A stretch of DNA of 60,236 nucleotides, filler included, from Malassezia furfur (GCA_052055015.1; 5 parts of 5 records of this genome joined end to end with filler, not necessarily neighbours in it), one strand, 5' to 3'; counted from the whole stretch's first letter, positions 24,304 to 36,316 are shown. Notes: a model not told the origin generated them from the sequence alone. Translations and numbers: made by a program.

Positions 24304-24940
24304 AGTAGGTGGATGACCTGACCCAGTGAGTATTATGGAATACAATGGTGGCAGCGTCATTGCCATGCGTGGCAAGAACTGCGTGGCCATCGCAACGGAC
24401 CTGCGCATCGGTAACCAAGCGCTGCTTCTCTCGACAAACTACGACAAAGTGTTCAAGGTGACCGACAAGACCTACGTCGGCCTGCCCGGCCTCGCGACGG
24501 ATTTGACCACGCTGCGTGAAAAGTTTCGTTACCGGCTAAACATGTACCGCATGAAGGAGGACCGCGAAATCGAGCCCGAGACGTTTGCACACCTCATGAG
24601 CTCGACGCTGTATGAGCGACGATTCGGCCCCTACTTCATCGAACCTGTCGTGGCTGGGCTGAACAGCAAGAACGAGCCCTTCATCGCGGCGTCTGATCTG
24701 ATCGGATGCCTCAACTTTGCCAAAGACTTTGTCGTGAGCGGCACTGCAAGCGACCGCCTGTTTGGTATGGCTGAAGGCCTCTGGGAGCCGGATTTGGAAC
24801 CCGAGGACCTGTTTGAAACCATCTCGCAGACCATGCTGGGCGGTATTGAGCGTGATGCACTGTCGGGCATGGGCGTAATTGTGCGCATCATTACCCCGGA
24901 AAAGGTGATCGAGCGGACACTCAAGTGCCGTATGGACTAG
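24304..24940 (+). CDS. PUP3: 20S proteasome beta-3 subunit; start codon split by intron 24305-24326
   Basis: A24304 + TG(24327-24328) gives MSIMEYNGGSVIAMRGKNCVAIA; YERRFGPYF, DLIGC, GLWEPDLEPEDLFETISQ, C-terminal RMD. Confidence 0.95.
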
Positions 24941-24992
24941 AAGTATACCATATGAATCACATATTTTGTAACGTGGGTATAAGCTATGTACG

Positions 24993-27206
24993 TTAAATTG
25001 GTACATGGACCACCGAAGAGTGGGAAGGTGCGTGTTCGTGGTGGTGCCCGCCATGCTCGTGGGCATGAACATGGCCCATGGTCTCATGGCTGTGCACATG
25101 GCCGGCACCCTCGTCGGACGCTTCCTGCACATAGACATGCGGATGATCGTGGTGGACATGGTCATGAGAACTGTGGTCGTGGCACTCATGATCATGACGA
25201 CAGTGATTATGGTGACCGTGATCGTGGTGGCCGTGATCATCGTGACCATGATCATGGTGGGCGTGGTCATGGAGGTCATGATGGTGCCCATGCTCGTGGT
25301 CGTGTCCACAGCCGTGCGCTGCATACAATGGCACATGCTGTCCTTCCCGCGTGACCTGTACCGTGAGCTCACTGGCCACAAGCGCGCCGCGTAGGTGCTC
25401 TCCGGCGGTCACTTGCTGACTAGCGCCTAGGATCGGCGCACACTGCTGCCAGGCATACCGCGTTAGCTCCGCGCAAACGTCGGCCGATGCATCTGCCTTG
25501 GCGAGCACATGGAGGGTGACGACCAACGATGCCGATTTGGCGCCCTGTTTCATGGACATGATTCCAGCCAGGCCCGGGCGGCCATCAGTGCCTGCGCCCG
25601 CTTTGGTATACGACAAGGACGGTAGCGTGAGCTGCCACACTTTCGTACTGGCGACGCGGGCCACGGCAGGATGGGACTCGATGATGCCCAGTGCGCGGTT
25701 GAGTTGAGTGAGTTGTGGCGCCTTGGGCGAAGGGGCTGCCTGCAACAGCACCTTGGACAAAGGAGAGAGCGCACATGCCGAAAGGTACAGCATCGTAGCG
25801 CCCTCAAGACCTGCCAGCACCTTATCGAGCGACGCCATTTGCTGAGGGGGAAGGAACAGTGCAGCCATAAACAGGCCGACCGAGAAGAAGAGCATCATCA
25901 GGCTAAAGGGATTGGTCAGCGCATCGTAAAGCGGTCCACGCGCCAGTGTCGGCATGGGCAGCACGGACGTGTGCCGCGCGTGTCGCGACTGGCGAGCGTT
26001 AGTCCCGTCGAGGCCGACGCCATTGTCGATGCTCATTGCACATGCCGCCGCGATGCGGGCGTGGTTCCGAAGTACCACGTTGGTGAACAAAATTAGCACC
26101 ACAGACAGAAGGAGCAGGATCACAGGGAGCTGCGTGCCTTCGCGGTCTTCCTCATGTGGAAGGCTTGCTGCGAGCAATGCATGCTCGACGTTTTCCTTGC
26201 ACATGTAGATCCCCGAAAACATCAGGAACACCATGAGCGAGAAGTCCGACAGAGTTTCGAGACGGCGCAAGCTGTGTTAGTGGTAGGGACATACCCGAAT
26301 GGCCGCTTGAGGTCCATGGGGGCTGTTATTGTCTCGCTTGCCGAGGCATTGCTCTGTTCGACTTCCAAGCGCTTCCGACGAGCGACATCGAGCGCCTGCA
26401 TCCATACCGTGCTCAGCAGACTCAGTCCGTCAAACACTACCAGGAATCCAAGGCCGACAAGAGCAAGCGAGTCGCGGACTAGGCCAATGACCCACAGCCC
26501 GGCACCCAGCGCCGTGTATGCCGCACAGAATAGCACCAACGGGCGCATCGCAAAGGTGACGGGCATCGCTTGCGATTGCGACTGTGTCGCGTAGGAGTGC
26601 GATGGCGCGCGCTTGGGCGAGTTTTGAAAGACATCGTTGGGCCACACTCCCGATGCCGGGCGCGACGGTAAATGCGACCACGCGCCCGACAAGACACGAC
26701 CGTCAGACATCTTGCGTGCTGCTGTGGGGTCCGGTGAGAGGAGGTCGCCGCGGTCGGTGGCCACTATGTGAGCAAAGCAACGTACAAGAAGGTAGCTGCG
26801 ACGGCATGCGCCGCGCGACGTTTACGTTTCCTGTTGGATCGGTCATGAGATAACTCGCGCGCCGAATCTGACGAGAATCGCGCTTATGCTTGAGAGTCGG
26901 TGATTCTTGTGTCACATTACCGGCCGGTGCAACACCAACAGGCGAAGGTGAGCGCGTGCTTGCATGCGAAGCATGGTACTCAAACTCGGCGGCAGTTCCT
27001 GGCCGAGGAAAGAACGCCGACAGGTTGCGCGTATGGATGTTGGAGAATCGGCGCGAGTGTTCACGCCGTTCAGCAGAGCTCGGGTCAAGCCGATTGGCGT
27101 CAGAAGCCGTTCCAGACTCCTCGGCCATTTCGGACCGCGCTCGGTCCTCTGGCGGCGTGAGGCTGGTCAGTGCACTCGCCTCCGCACTCGCACGTTCCGA
27201 ACCCAT
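24993..27206 (-). CDS. CDF-family zinc transporter, Zrg17-like, with His-rich C-tail; introns 26764-26785, 26272-26294
   Basis: SLALVGLGFLVVFD, RPFGLRRLETL..F, KENVEH, VLLQAAP; long His/Asp tail. Exact start codon uncertain. Confidence 0.8.
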
Positions 27207-27464
27207 AGCCCAGACTCAGTGTGGAGGATCGGATGGGATGCGTGCAATGTCCGAAAAACTGACGCGGTGTGTCGTGCTGCCGGGCCGACGGGCTGAACGC
27301 GCTGACTAAATATAGATATGATCTAAGGTGTGTCCACGTTTTCGGACTTTCTCCGAAATTGGGTCACCGTGCGCCGGGGGATGGCCACGTCCCTGGGGCA
27401 TGGTCCATGCGCGGTGTTTCGGATAATCGAAACTCGACCGAAGTTGAGTCCCGTCCGCGAAGGA

Positions 27465-27471
27465 TATAAAA
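27465..27471 (+). promoter_or_regulatory. TATA box upstream of FDH
   Basis: TATAAAA 45 nt upstream of the FDH ATG in an AT-richer intergenic region. Confidence 0.6.
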
Positions 27472-27516
27472 GCGAGGGCTAATTCTATGTCCTCCTGTAC
27501 CTAAGCAATTCTGACA

Positions 27517-28695
27517 ATGGTTGTGCTTCGTGCTGCTAAGCCTGCTGCCTCTGCTCTGAGCCGGGCGACTCTCTCGCGCTCGTTCGCATCGTCGGCGATC
27601 GCCAAGGACAAGGTCCTTGCTGTACTCTACCCTGGTGGTGAATACGCCAAGCGTCAGCCCAAAATGCTCGGCTCTGTTGAGAATGAGCTTGGTCTTCGTG
27701 AATGGATCGAGAAGCAGGGACACACACTTGTTGTAACTGCCGACAAGGACGGCCCCAACTCGGAGTTTGCTAAGGAGGCGGTCGACGCGTCGATTATTAT
27801 TACGACGCCCTTCCACCCCGCCTACGTCACCAAGGAGATCATTGAAAAAGCCAAGGACCTTAAGGCTTGCGTGACCGCCGGCGTGGGTTCGGACCACGTC
27901 GATCTGGATGCGGCCAACGCGCGCAAGATTGGTGTGTACGAGGTGACCGGCTCAAACGTGACGTCCGTCGCCGAGCATGCCGTCATGACCATTCTGGTTC
28001 TCGTTCGCAACTTTGTGCCTGCGCACAATCAGTACGTCAACGGCACCTGGGACGTGGCCGAGGTTGCTATGAACTCGTACGACGTGGAGAACAAGGTGGT
28101 CGGTACGCTCGGTATCGGTCGCATTGGTCGCCGTATCCTGCAGCGTCTGAAGCCCTTCGACTGCAAGGAGCTGCTGTATTACGATTACAACAAGCTCGAT
28201 GATGCCACCGAGAAGGAGATTGGCTGCAAGCGTGTTGAGGATCTCGAAGACTTTGTGTCACGCTGCGATGTGATTACCATCAATGCGCCTCTCCACGCCG
28301 GCACCATGGGTCTCTTCAACAAGGAGCTCATTAGCAAGATGAAGCCGGGCGCTTGGATTGTTAACACTGCCCGTGGTGCGATTTGTGTAAAGGAGGACAT
28401 TGCTAAGGCACTCGAGGATGGCCAGCTCAACGGCTACGGTGGTGATGTCTCCTACCCGCAGCCCCCGCCTGCGGACCACCCGTGGCATAAGATGCGCAAC
28501 GTGTGGAACCCTGAACTTGGTGGCGGTAACGCCATGACGCCCCATATTTCGGGTACCTCGCTCGATGCCCAGGCCCGCTATGTGGCCGGCACCAAGGACA
28601 TCCTTGAGCGTCTTTGGAACAAGAAGCCCCAGGTCGATGCCAACGTCATTGTCGAGGACGGCCACTATGTCTCGAAGTCGTACGGAAAGCACTAG
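27517..28695 (+). CDS. FDH1: NAD-dependent formate dehydrogenase with a presequence-like N-terminus
   Basis: [69 protein letters not shown]. Confidence 0.96.
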   Translation: MVVLRAAKPAASALSRATLSRSFASSAIAKDKVLAVLYPGGEYAKRQPKMLGSVENELGLREWIEKQGHTLVVTADKDGPNSEFAKEAVDASIIITTPFHPAYVTKEIIEKAKDLKACVTAGVGSDHVDLDAANARKIGVYEVTGSNVTSVAEHAVMTILVLVRNFVPAHNQYVNGTWDVAEVAMNSYDVENKVVGTLGIGRIGRRILQRLKPFDCKELLYYDYNKLDDATEKEIGCKRVEDLEDFVSRCDVITINAPLHAGTMGLFNKELISKMKPGAWIVNTARGAICVKEDIAKALEDGQLNGYGGDVSYPQPPPADHPWHKMRNVWNPELGGGNAMTPHISGTSLDAQARYVAGTKDILERLWNKKPQVDANVIVEDGHYVSKSYGKH

Positions 28696-28880
28696 ATAAA
28701 TGATTAGATACAATGTATATGCTATCGGTTTCCCTCTGCGTGTGCCACAAACGACGTGAGATTGTTTCGGCGGCGGGCACCGTTTCGGGATGGTATGTGC
28801 GCATCACCGCACGGGCCAAGGCCAAGCGTATCACGTGCTGTAACATCTCCAGGCCGGCGTCGTGTGAGTTCGCGCCTGAC

Positions 28881-29395
28881 ATGGTCGCCACGAAAAGCAG
28901 GACGGGCAACGCGCTCGGTCTAACTAGTCAGAAGGCACGATCTTCGTCTGCTGCACGAGGAAAACCGAAAGGGGTGTCTGACTCGGTCAATAAGGATGTA
29001 AAAGTGGCGAGCAAGAAGGTGAATGCGGAGAGCGAAGAGCGGACCTATCCCAAAGAGCTGCTTAAATTGGCTGAGGGCCGGCCAGAGCTGGACGTAAACT
29101 CGCCAAAATACAACCGCCTTTGGGAAGAAACGCGGAAACAGATGGGACGCGCTGCTGGTAAGTATATCGTACTGACCAAGTGCATGGCGAAGGCGTCAAT
29201 CGGATCGACCGTATTTTGCGGGTATTTGATTTCAATGCAAACTATGGTCCTTGTACCGGGATGACCCGTCTGGAACGGTGGGAACGAGCGCGCGACATTG
29301 GTGAGGAGCCACCAGCTGAAATTGCTGAAATCCTCAACACGCGGCAAGGCATTTTGGACTTCCGTTGGAGCATACTGGAGCAAGATGTAGTGTAA
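28881..29395 (+). CDS. POLD4: DNA polymerase delta subunit 4 (Cdm1/p12); intron 29158-29180
   Basis: Spliced: AAVHGEGVNRIDRILRVFDFNANYGPCTGMTRLERWERA. Confidence 0.9.
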
Positions 29396-29406
29396 AGCTA
29401 GGTAGA

Positions 29407-31062
29407 TTACGCAAACAGCACGCTACGGGGAAGACGGAAGGAGAGACAGTACATGTCTTTACTGGGCGCCACAGAGCGAACCAGGTGCAGCGAGAGATCA
29501 GGCGTGGGGTCCGATGTGTCGTCGCCTGGTGGCATAAGGCATTCGGGACCGGACAGGCCCAACGCGGCATTGGCGCGCTGGCATATATCAGCTGCAGCAT
29601 TTTCAACTTCTTTGGTGAAGCAATGCACGTGGACCATAGGTAGTGGTTCCACGTCGTTCTGCTCACTTCGTGCCGCGATCTCGGCGTCGAGCGCATCGCG
29701 TCCGACATGCGAAGCGAGATGCGTGTATAGACCCCGGTATGCATCGAGGAATTCAAGTGCCGTCGCGGGAAGGTTCATAACAAAGTGATCCACCAGACGC
29801 CGCGGCGGCTTGGACTTTGCCGGCGCCGGTGCGGGGGGTACCGGTTCGGCTGGAGCCGTACCCTCCTGTTGCGCGCGCCGCTGCGCGCTCTTTTCTTTAC
29901 GTTTTTGCCGCGCACTCATTAGTTCATCGCCGGTTGGCTCGCCCAGAAAGGCGGCGTTCCATGTGGTGAGCGCAGACTGCCGGATGAATTCGCGACCGTC
30001 AAGACAGGTCGCCTGTAAGTGCGCGTCCACATGATTGCGGGTGCTGTTCTTTTGCAGGCTCGCAAAACAGTGAGGGTTCAAGTCGTTGGCCAGCACCCAT
30101 GCGCCCTTTTTGGCGGCCGGTACAGCAAACGGCCCAACGCCTGCCATCACGTCGGCGAGCACCTGGAACGGCTTGAACTGCGCAATGAGGCGCCCGTGTT
30201 CGGTATGGAGACGGCTGTTCCAGTAGACGTTGCGGAAGTCAAGGTGAAATACGCAATTGGACTCCGACACTTCCGCCTCGTATTCCGGAACACCGGCCAG
30301 GAGCTCCATGGCAAACACGCGGAATTCCGTTTCGATCGAGTCGAGCTTGTTCACCACCGTTCGGACCCGCGGAGTCTTTTCCAGGATGACTTGTCCAATC
30401 AGGTAGCGATATGCCAGGTATTCTTCGCGCAGGTTGACGTGCGCAAGATGACCGACCATGGCAAACGCACTGGGCGCGCCCTCTTCGAGCTCGGAAGGTA
30501 GCACGGCACGAAGTACTTGCTCGACCGTCCAGTAGTCGTATGGGAGCTCGACTGGGTGCGGCATGATCTCACCATGGACCTCGGCGATTGCGGCGTGGGC
30601 CTCGGACGAGAGCGCCGTGGCGTCCTCGACCCCGAGCTGCAGAACGCGCACCGCATCGTCTCCACGTGGATCTGGATTGATGTGCTTCGACCTCCGCGAG
30701 CGGAACACGAGTCCGTTCACAGCTGGATGGCGCGCGAGTGCACTGACCTTCGTTGCGGGCACGCGAACGCCAAGTAGCGGCAGGGTCTTATGCAGCGCGA
30801 CACGAGCCTTGTCGAGCCACGCAAGCTGTTCCTTTTGCTGCCGAACGCGTTCTGCGTCGTCGTTAGCTGCGCGCTCTTGCATTTCAATGCCTGCTTGCGC
30901 ATGCGACTGTAGCGGTGGTGCATCCTCCGGCACGGCTGCGGAGCGGCGCAGCGCAAGGCGTGGCACCTGGCTGCTTGGCTCCAGAAGCGGGTCTTTGACA
31001 GGCGGTTTGGTACGCGCTGGATGCGCCGGCTTGTGGAATCGGGGCTTGTCGATGTAGGCCAT
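29407..31062 (-). CDS. TRM5: tRNA (guanine37-N1)-methyltransferase
   Basis: VGHLAHVNLR, TVVNKLD.I...FRVF.MELLAG, VYWNSRLHTEH, DVMAGVGPFAVPA, ANDLNP, HFVMNLP, VRSVAP.K.MYC. Confidence 0.94.
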   Translation of the reverse strand: MAYIDKPRFHKPAHPARTKPPVKDPLLEPSSQVPRLALRRSAAVPEDAPPLQSHAQAGIEMQERAANDDAERVRQQKEQLAWLDKARVALHKTLPLLGVRVPATKVSALARHPAVNGLVFRSRRSKHINPDPRGDDAVRVLQLGVEDATALSSEAHAAIAEVHGEIMPHPVELPYDYWTVEQVLRAVLPSELEEGAPSAFAMVGHLAHVNLREEYLAYRYLIGQVILEKTPRVRTVVNKLDSIETEFRVFAMELLAGVPEYEAEVSESNCVFHLDFRNVYWNSRLHTEHGRLIAQFKPFQVLADVMAGVGPFAVPAAKKGAWVLANDLNPHCFASLQKNSTRNHVDAHLQATCLDGREFIRQSALTTWNAAFLGEPTGDELMSARQKRKEKSAQRRAQQEGTAPAEPVPPAPAPAKSKPPRRLVDHFVMNLPATALEFLDAYRGLYTHLASHVGRDALDAEIAARSEQNDVEPLPMVHVHCFTKEVENAAADICQRANAALGLSGPECLMPPGDDTSDPTPDLSLHLVRSVAPSKDMYCLSFRLPRSVLFA

Positions 31063-31206
31063 TGTACGTGCCTGACTACGTTGTCGCAAACACCCCCCTA
31101 CCACGGACGACACGCGCACAGACAGGCGCGCAAGACCCCTAATGGTGCTAGCTGGAAGATCGGCTGCCTATGACTAAGCAAGCGTTCGCGCCTCGATCCC
31201 TGGAGG

Positions 31207-33633
31207 ATGAGTTTGGCAGCGACCCCGTCGTCGCCGTCGTCGGTCGGCAGCCGCGACGAATATGGACGCGACGAGCCATCCAGTCCTTCCTGGGCGGGGG
31301 ATGCAGCGTCTGGTGCTGAAGACAGCGATGCGGCGTTGTCAAGTGATGACGGAAACGAGGCACTCGAGTTGTCGCAGGCAAGCGTGCGGCCCAAGATTAA
31401 GTTCAAGCGTGACCTTGCCGCGCTTGATGAGGGCACCGACACAGATGCACCGGCATCAACGAGCCGTGCAACGCCATCTGTGTCACCGGCGCCCGGTACG
31501 CCGTCGATCTCAGGGACAGGTGAGAAACGCAAGCGGCCGATCAAGCAGCTGCGTGCGAAACCGCTTCGTGCGGCGCTTGAGTCGCTACTCGCCGCGTTCA
31601 AAAAGTAAGTCAATGATGACTGACCTAGACGCGACCCATACCAGTTCTTCCACGAGCCGGTGAATGCGGATGAAGTGCCTGGCTACCGGGAGGTCATTAC
31701 CCACCCCATGGACCTTGGCACGATGGAGAAGCGGCTTGCGGAACAATACTATACAAGCATGGATGCCTTTCGACACGACTTCTTGCTCATCACGCAAAAC
31801 GCTCAAACGTTCAATCCGCCGACGTCCATTTATCACACCGCTGCGCGGCGGCTCGAAACGTGGGGCGTCCGTGCCATCGAGCGCGAAGGACTGAGTGTAG
31901 TGGATGACGACGCCTTTGTCGCCGAGGCGCCACCGCGCCCCCCACCGACCGCATCACGTCGCGGCCGGCGGCGGACAATGGATCGTACGCGCCGCGATAC
32001 GTCCGCCGGAGCAGCCGGCAATGACGAGCTGGGTCCGGGCAGTCCGTATACGTCCGAGTCCGGCGGACGGCGGACGGTGCGAATCGGCAGTGCGCGAAGT
32101 ACCCCGTGGTCAGCCACACCGCCGGCCGGTGTGCCGGACACGTACGAGACGCGCCTCTTTCGTCGTACATTGGCGTATGCCGGAGTCTCGCCGCATACAC
32201 TCACAGGCAAGAGTGCGTGTGCGGCGCGTATGCAAGAGAAACCCAAGGTGCGGCTTGGCCCGATCCCAAGCTTTTTGGCCGAGCCCAATGGGGCTCAGAG
32301 CCAGGGCGAGGCCAGCGACGAAGCGCTGCCGGTGCAGAACTATACCTACATGGATGACGGGTCGCTCGACCCCGCGCGTCTCGCGAATACGTACGAGTAC
32401 ATGGCGCAGGCTCTGGGACCGGCGACGCTTGTGTGCCCTCGCATCGAGTCGCTGCGGCATCTACCCATGTCGCTCGCCATGCCGAACGCAAGCAACCCTC
32501 AAGCCGAGGCAAGTTTCGTGTTTCCTTCGATGCAACCAGGTCGTCCCGACCCGTTAAGCGCCGCGACGTTGGCGCAGCCCGGGCCGAGCGAGGAAAATTG
32601 GAGCCATACATTCCAAGGGACCAGCGTCCCATCCAAGGATCGCCTGCTTCCGTTTGCCGTGGCCGGTGCGCCGCCGCCGCCTGGCCTTGCACAGGGCACC
32701 GCGGCGCCGAACGAGGCACGGGGGCTTCACCCCGTGTGGCCTGTCGCCCCGCCGCCGCCGATCCAGGACCCGCTGCAGTCTGGCCTGCGGTTAAACCGCC
32801 GCGAGCGCGAGCTGGAGCAGGAGCGCGACGAGCAAAACTGGACGTTTTTCCGCCCACATCTGCAGCGCCTGTTAGGTGCCGCGGACGTCGGGCTGTATAC
32901 CAATCTTCCTGCGTGGGCCGCATCGACCACCGATGGGCGTGCATTGCGACCGTTTGCGCAGGTCGCTGGTACGCATCTGACCGATGCCCTGCGCGAGCAT
33001 CTGCGTGCGATGCCGTACAGTGCGCTGGGTCTGCCGCGCACCGCACAGTATGTGCCGCGCACCTCGCTTCGGCAGCTGCCTGCGGCGCTACAGATCTCGA
33101 TGCAGGGCGCACAAGAGGCCGAGCGTCTGCTGGAGGTCGTCTATGGCGGCGTACAGGGTATGGCATTTGTGCGCTCCATCGCCGAGTTTGTCGGTGGCGC
33201 TGCGGCATCATGTGCGCCCGACGTGCCAGTCCGCGCCGGGAAGTCGGAGCCGGGGGCGTCGCCGGCCCCCGTGATCAAACGCGAGGCATCGGTCGAAGGC
33301 GATACGCTGCCCAAATCCGACGACGGTGCAATGGCGGTGCCATCCCCACGTGCGGATACTCTGCCGACGTCGTTGGTGGAGTACGTCAAGACGGACCTTG
33401 TGCGGCCGCTTACCGGCGGCCTGCTCGAGCTGCTCGAGCGGGTGGGCGAGCATTTGGCGCAGGTGGACGTTGGTCCTACGCCCGCGTCGCCGCACGACGA
33501 GCCGCTGTACACGCTGCTGGATGATCCAGAGGGTGCAGTATCGACAGCACTATGGCGCGCGCTGCACCCGGACGCGGCAGCGCCTGCGCCGCGGCTCAAC
33601 GAGGTGCTGGCGCGTGTGCTGCCATCTACGTAG
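31207..33633 (+). CDS. Bromodomain protein (BRD7/BRD9-like architecture); intron 31605-31628
   Basis: Spliced: FKKRDPYQFFHEPVNADEVPGYREVITHPMDLGTM...NAQTFNPPTSIYHTAA. Confidence 0.85.
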
Positions 33634-34653
33634 GCACATCGGTTTTGTAGTCGCGCCCGATCAAGTCGGCGCGGTGCGCAAGCTGTGTCTCGCTGGGGCC
33701 AAGGCCGAAGCGGTGCGTCGCATCATCGCCAACGCGTGCGAGTTCTTCGCGAAGAAACGCAGCGAGATGACTGCGGAGCGCCGCGTACGTCGGCGTATCC
33801 TCCGAGCGCAATGTGGCAGGCCGTGCGGGGTACAAGTCGTCGGGCGACGTACGCGACGACAGAGCGGGGAGCGCATGGGCAACTTTGGCGACGCTCATGT
33901 GCTCCCGCTGGGTATATAGGTTGACGTAGGGCTGGAGGAGCGCAGGCGCAATGGGCTCGCCAAACGTCACGGTGATCTCGGCACCAAGCCGCGGCAGGAA
34001 ACGCGGCGCGCGACGGTGCTCTGGCATTACCTGGTCAAAGCCTGTGAGCCACAGGGGGACCACCACGGGTGTCTTGGGAGCCTCGAGAACAAGACGTGCG
34101 ACGCCCCACTTGAAGCGGCGCATGCGCGTCGACTGTGTCAGGTTTACGGCGCCCTCGGGGAACAGATGCACCCAGCGCGTCTCGCCAAGCTTGGTGAGAG
34201 CCGTATCGATGGCTGGCTGGAAAATGCCACGCCCCCGAAAGGTCTCGAGGGTCTGGCCCTTGTTGAAGAAGGCGGACATGGCGCTACGTGAGCCGATGCA
34301 CGACGTACGCGTTTTTAAAAATAATGTCGCTCGCGCCGAGGCTCCAGCGCGTAAAATAGGGGTCGCGGAAGAGCGCGGCAGGGAGCGTGCCCCAGACGAG
34401 CGGCTCATCGAGTCTGTGTGTGAGTATCGCACATACACCGAGATGTGGTTGCTATCTGGGGTGAGCGGTGCACGTACAGGTTAGGACGCCGCGGCCTTCG
34501 GCGATGCGCTGCCTGTCGTTGAGCACGCGGACGAAACGGTCGATACCATGCGTGCGCACACGTTTGCACCCTGCGGCCAGGAACCAGCGCGAGAGGCGCG
34601 CAACCGCCTCTGTCGTGAGCGAGACACGTACGAATCACCTGGCGCTCGAACAT
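33626..34653 (-). CDS. TAZ1: Tafazzin (cardiolipin transacylase); introns 34610-34631, 34456-34477, 34414-34436, 34284-34308
   Basis: Spliced: RGVLTYSNHISVLDEPLVWG...RWSLGASDIIF...RGRGIFQP...WVHLFPEG...FKWGVARL. Confidence 0.93.
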
Positions 34654-34712
34654 GGTGCGTGGACAACTTCCCCCCACGTGGCACGAAGATCGGCGGCGTT
34701 TCTTGCACCACG

Positions 34713-35018
34713 ATGGAGCTCTTTGGCAGTAGCAAGCCCGCTGCGTCTTCGGCGGAGACCAAGGATGCGCTCAAGCAGCGCGTTGCAGCCGAGGTCGCAA
34801 TGGCGAATGCGCAGCAGCTCATCAGCAAGGCGACCGAGAAGTGCTACCTGAAGTGCGTCCCGTCTCCGGGCACGAGCTTCACCGGCAAGGAACAGACGTG
34901 CACGGAGCGTTGCCTCGAGCGCTACTTTGAGGCCTTCAACATTGTGAGCTCGACGTACGTGCGCCGTGTCGCTGCCGAGCGCCAGGCCGGTGCGCTCGCG
35001 ACGGACGTAATGGCGTAA
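34713..35018 (+). CDS. TIM13: Mitochondrial intermembrane-space chaperone Tim13
   Basis: EVAMANAQQLI, twin CX3C motifs (CYLKC, CTERC), YFEAFNIVS. Confidence 0.92.
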   Translation: MELFGSSKPAASSAETKDALKQRVAAEVAMANAQQLISKATEKCYLKCVPSPGTSFTGKEQTCTERCLERYFEAFNIVSSTYVRRVAAERQAGALATDVMA

Positions 35019-35164
35019 GGGGCCGCACGCGGCCCGTGGCAGGACGACGCGGGCGCCCAGCGCCCCGCACCTGTGCAATGCCCGCCCGGGCGGCAGTGCC
35101 CGTGCCCCGCCCGCGGAGGCGACCTTGACGAGCGATTGTCATCATAGCGAATCAAGTTCTTCAT

Positions 35165-36216
35165 CTAGCGACGGCTGCGGGCAATACTATGAAGCCCCGG
35201 CGGGAGCTGGACAGAGGGGTTGTAGTCGAGAGCCTTGCTCTTTTTCTTCCGTGCATCCGACTTGGGCTGGATGGTGCCGGTGGCGAGGCCGAGGTGCCGC
35301 GTCGCACTGCCAAACGCCTTGCGCGCATTCTTGTAGGCGTCCGGGTTGCCCGACTCGGTCTCTTCGTCGCTAGAGACGTCGTGCGTGCCGATGCGCGTGC
35401 TCCACGCGCTGCGCGCTCGTCCACCGTCCAGCGTGTCGTCCTCGTCCTCGTCTTCGCGCGACGCCGGTGCATGCGCCACAGGCTCCTCGCTTTCGATGCG
35501 CACGCTCTTGCGTGCATTGGGCGACGCGGTAACGGGCGCCGCGGCCGGTGCCGGGGCGGGTGTCTCGGTGGCGGGCGTTGCGGCCGTGCTCGTGGCGGCC
35601 GCCGCCGTGTAGAAGCTGGGCAGGCCCACGAGCGGCGGTGCGAGGCCCTGGTGGCCGCTGGGCTGCTCGCTGGCAGTCAGGCTGCGGAGCGCCTCGGCGC
35701 CCGGGGCCTCGGTGGAGGCGGCCGGCGCCGCAGGCACCGCCGAAGGGGCCGGGCCCGAGGACGTCTCCTTGGTGGGCGACATGCCCGTCGAGATCATCTC
35801 GGCAAGCTCAAAGTCGATGTGGCCCGTGCCGTCGAAGCGGTTGTCCAAGTCGAGGCTGAGCCCCGGCTCGTCCTTGGGCGCGTCCTGCACCGACAGGCGC
35901 TTGGGCGTCGAAGCCACGGCGCCCTTGCTGCCCTTGAGCGCCGACTTGGTCGGCTGTGTGCGGCTGCTGCTCGGCGACAGGTAGCTTGCGGCGCGCGTAC
36001 GCTCTGCGACCGGTGTGCGCTGTGCCGAGGGTGCGGTAACGGGCGGCGGTGCGGTCGGCGTCTCAAACGAGGTCGAGGCCGGCGCGTCGCCGGCCTTGGC
36101 GACCCACGAGTCGGTGGCAAACTTCCCCGGGTTGTTCGAGAAGCCCACGTAGAACGACGACGGGGCGGGCGGCGGGTGCGACGGCCGCGCGTTGGCCGAG
36201 TCGCGGCGCTTGCGGC
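35165..36216 (-). CDS. C-terminal fragment of an unidentified S/T/P/A-rich protein
   Basis: Long GC-rich open frame ending at 35165 with coding-like codon usage; 5' end probably lost at the contig end; no family recognised. Confidence 0.6.
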
Positions 36217-36316
36217 NNNNNNNNNNNNNNNNNNNNNNNNNNNNNNNNNNNNNNNNNNNNTTAATTAATTAANNNNNNNNNNNNNNNNNNNNNNNNNNNN
36301 NNNNNNNNNNNNNNNN
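36217..36316. other. Artificial contig spacer
   Basis: N44-TTAATTAATTAA-N44. Confidence 0.99.
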
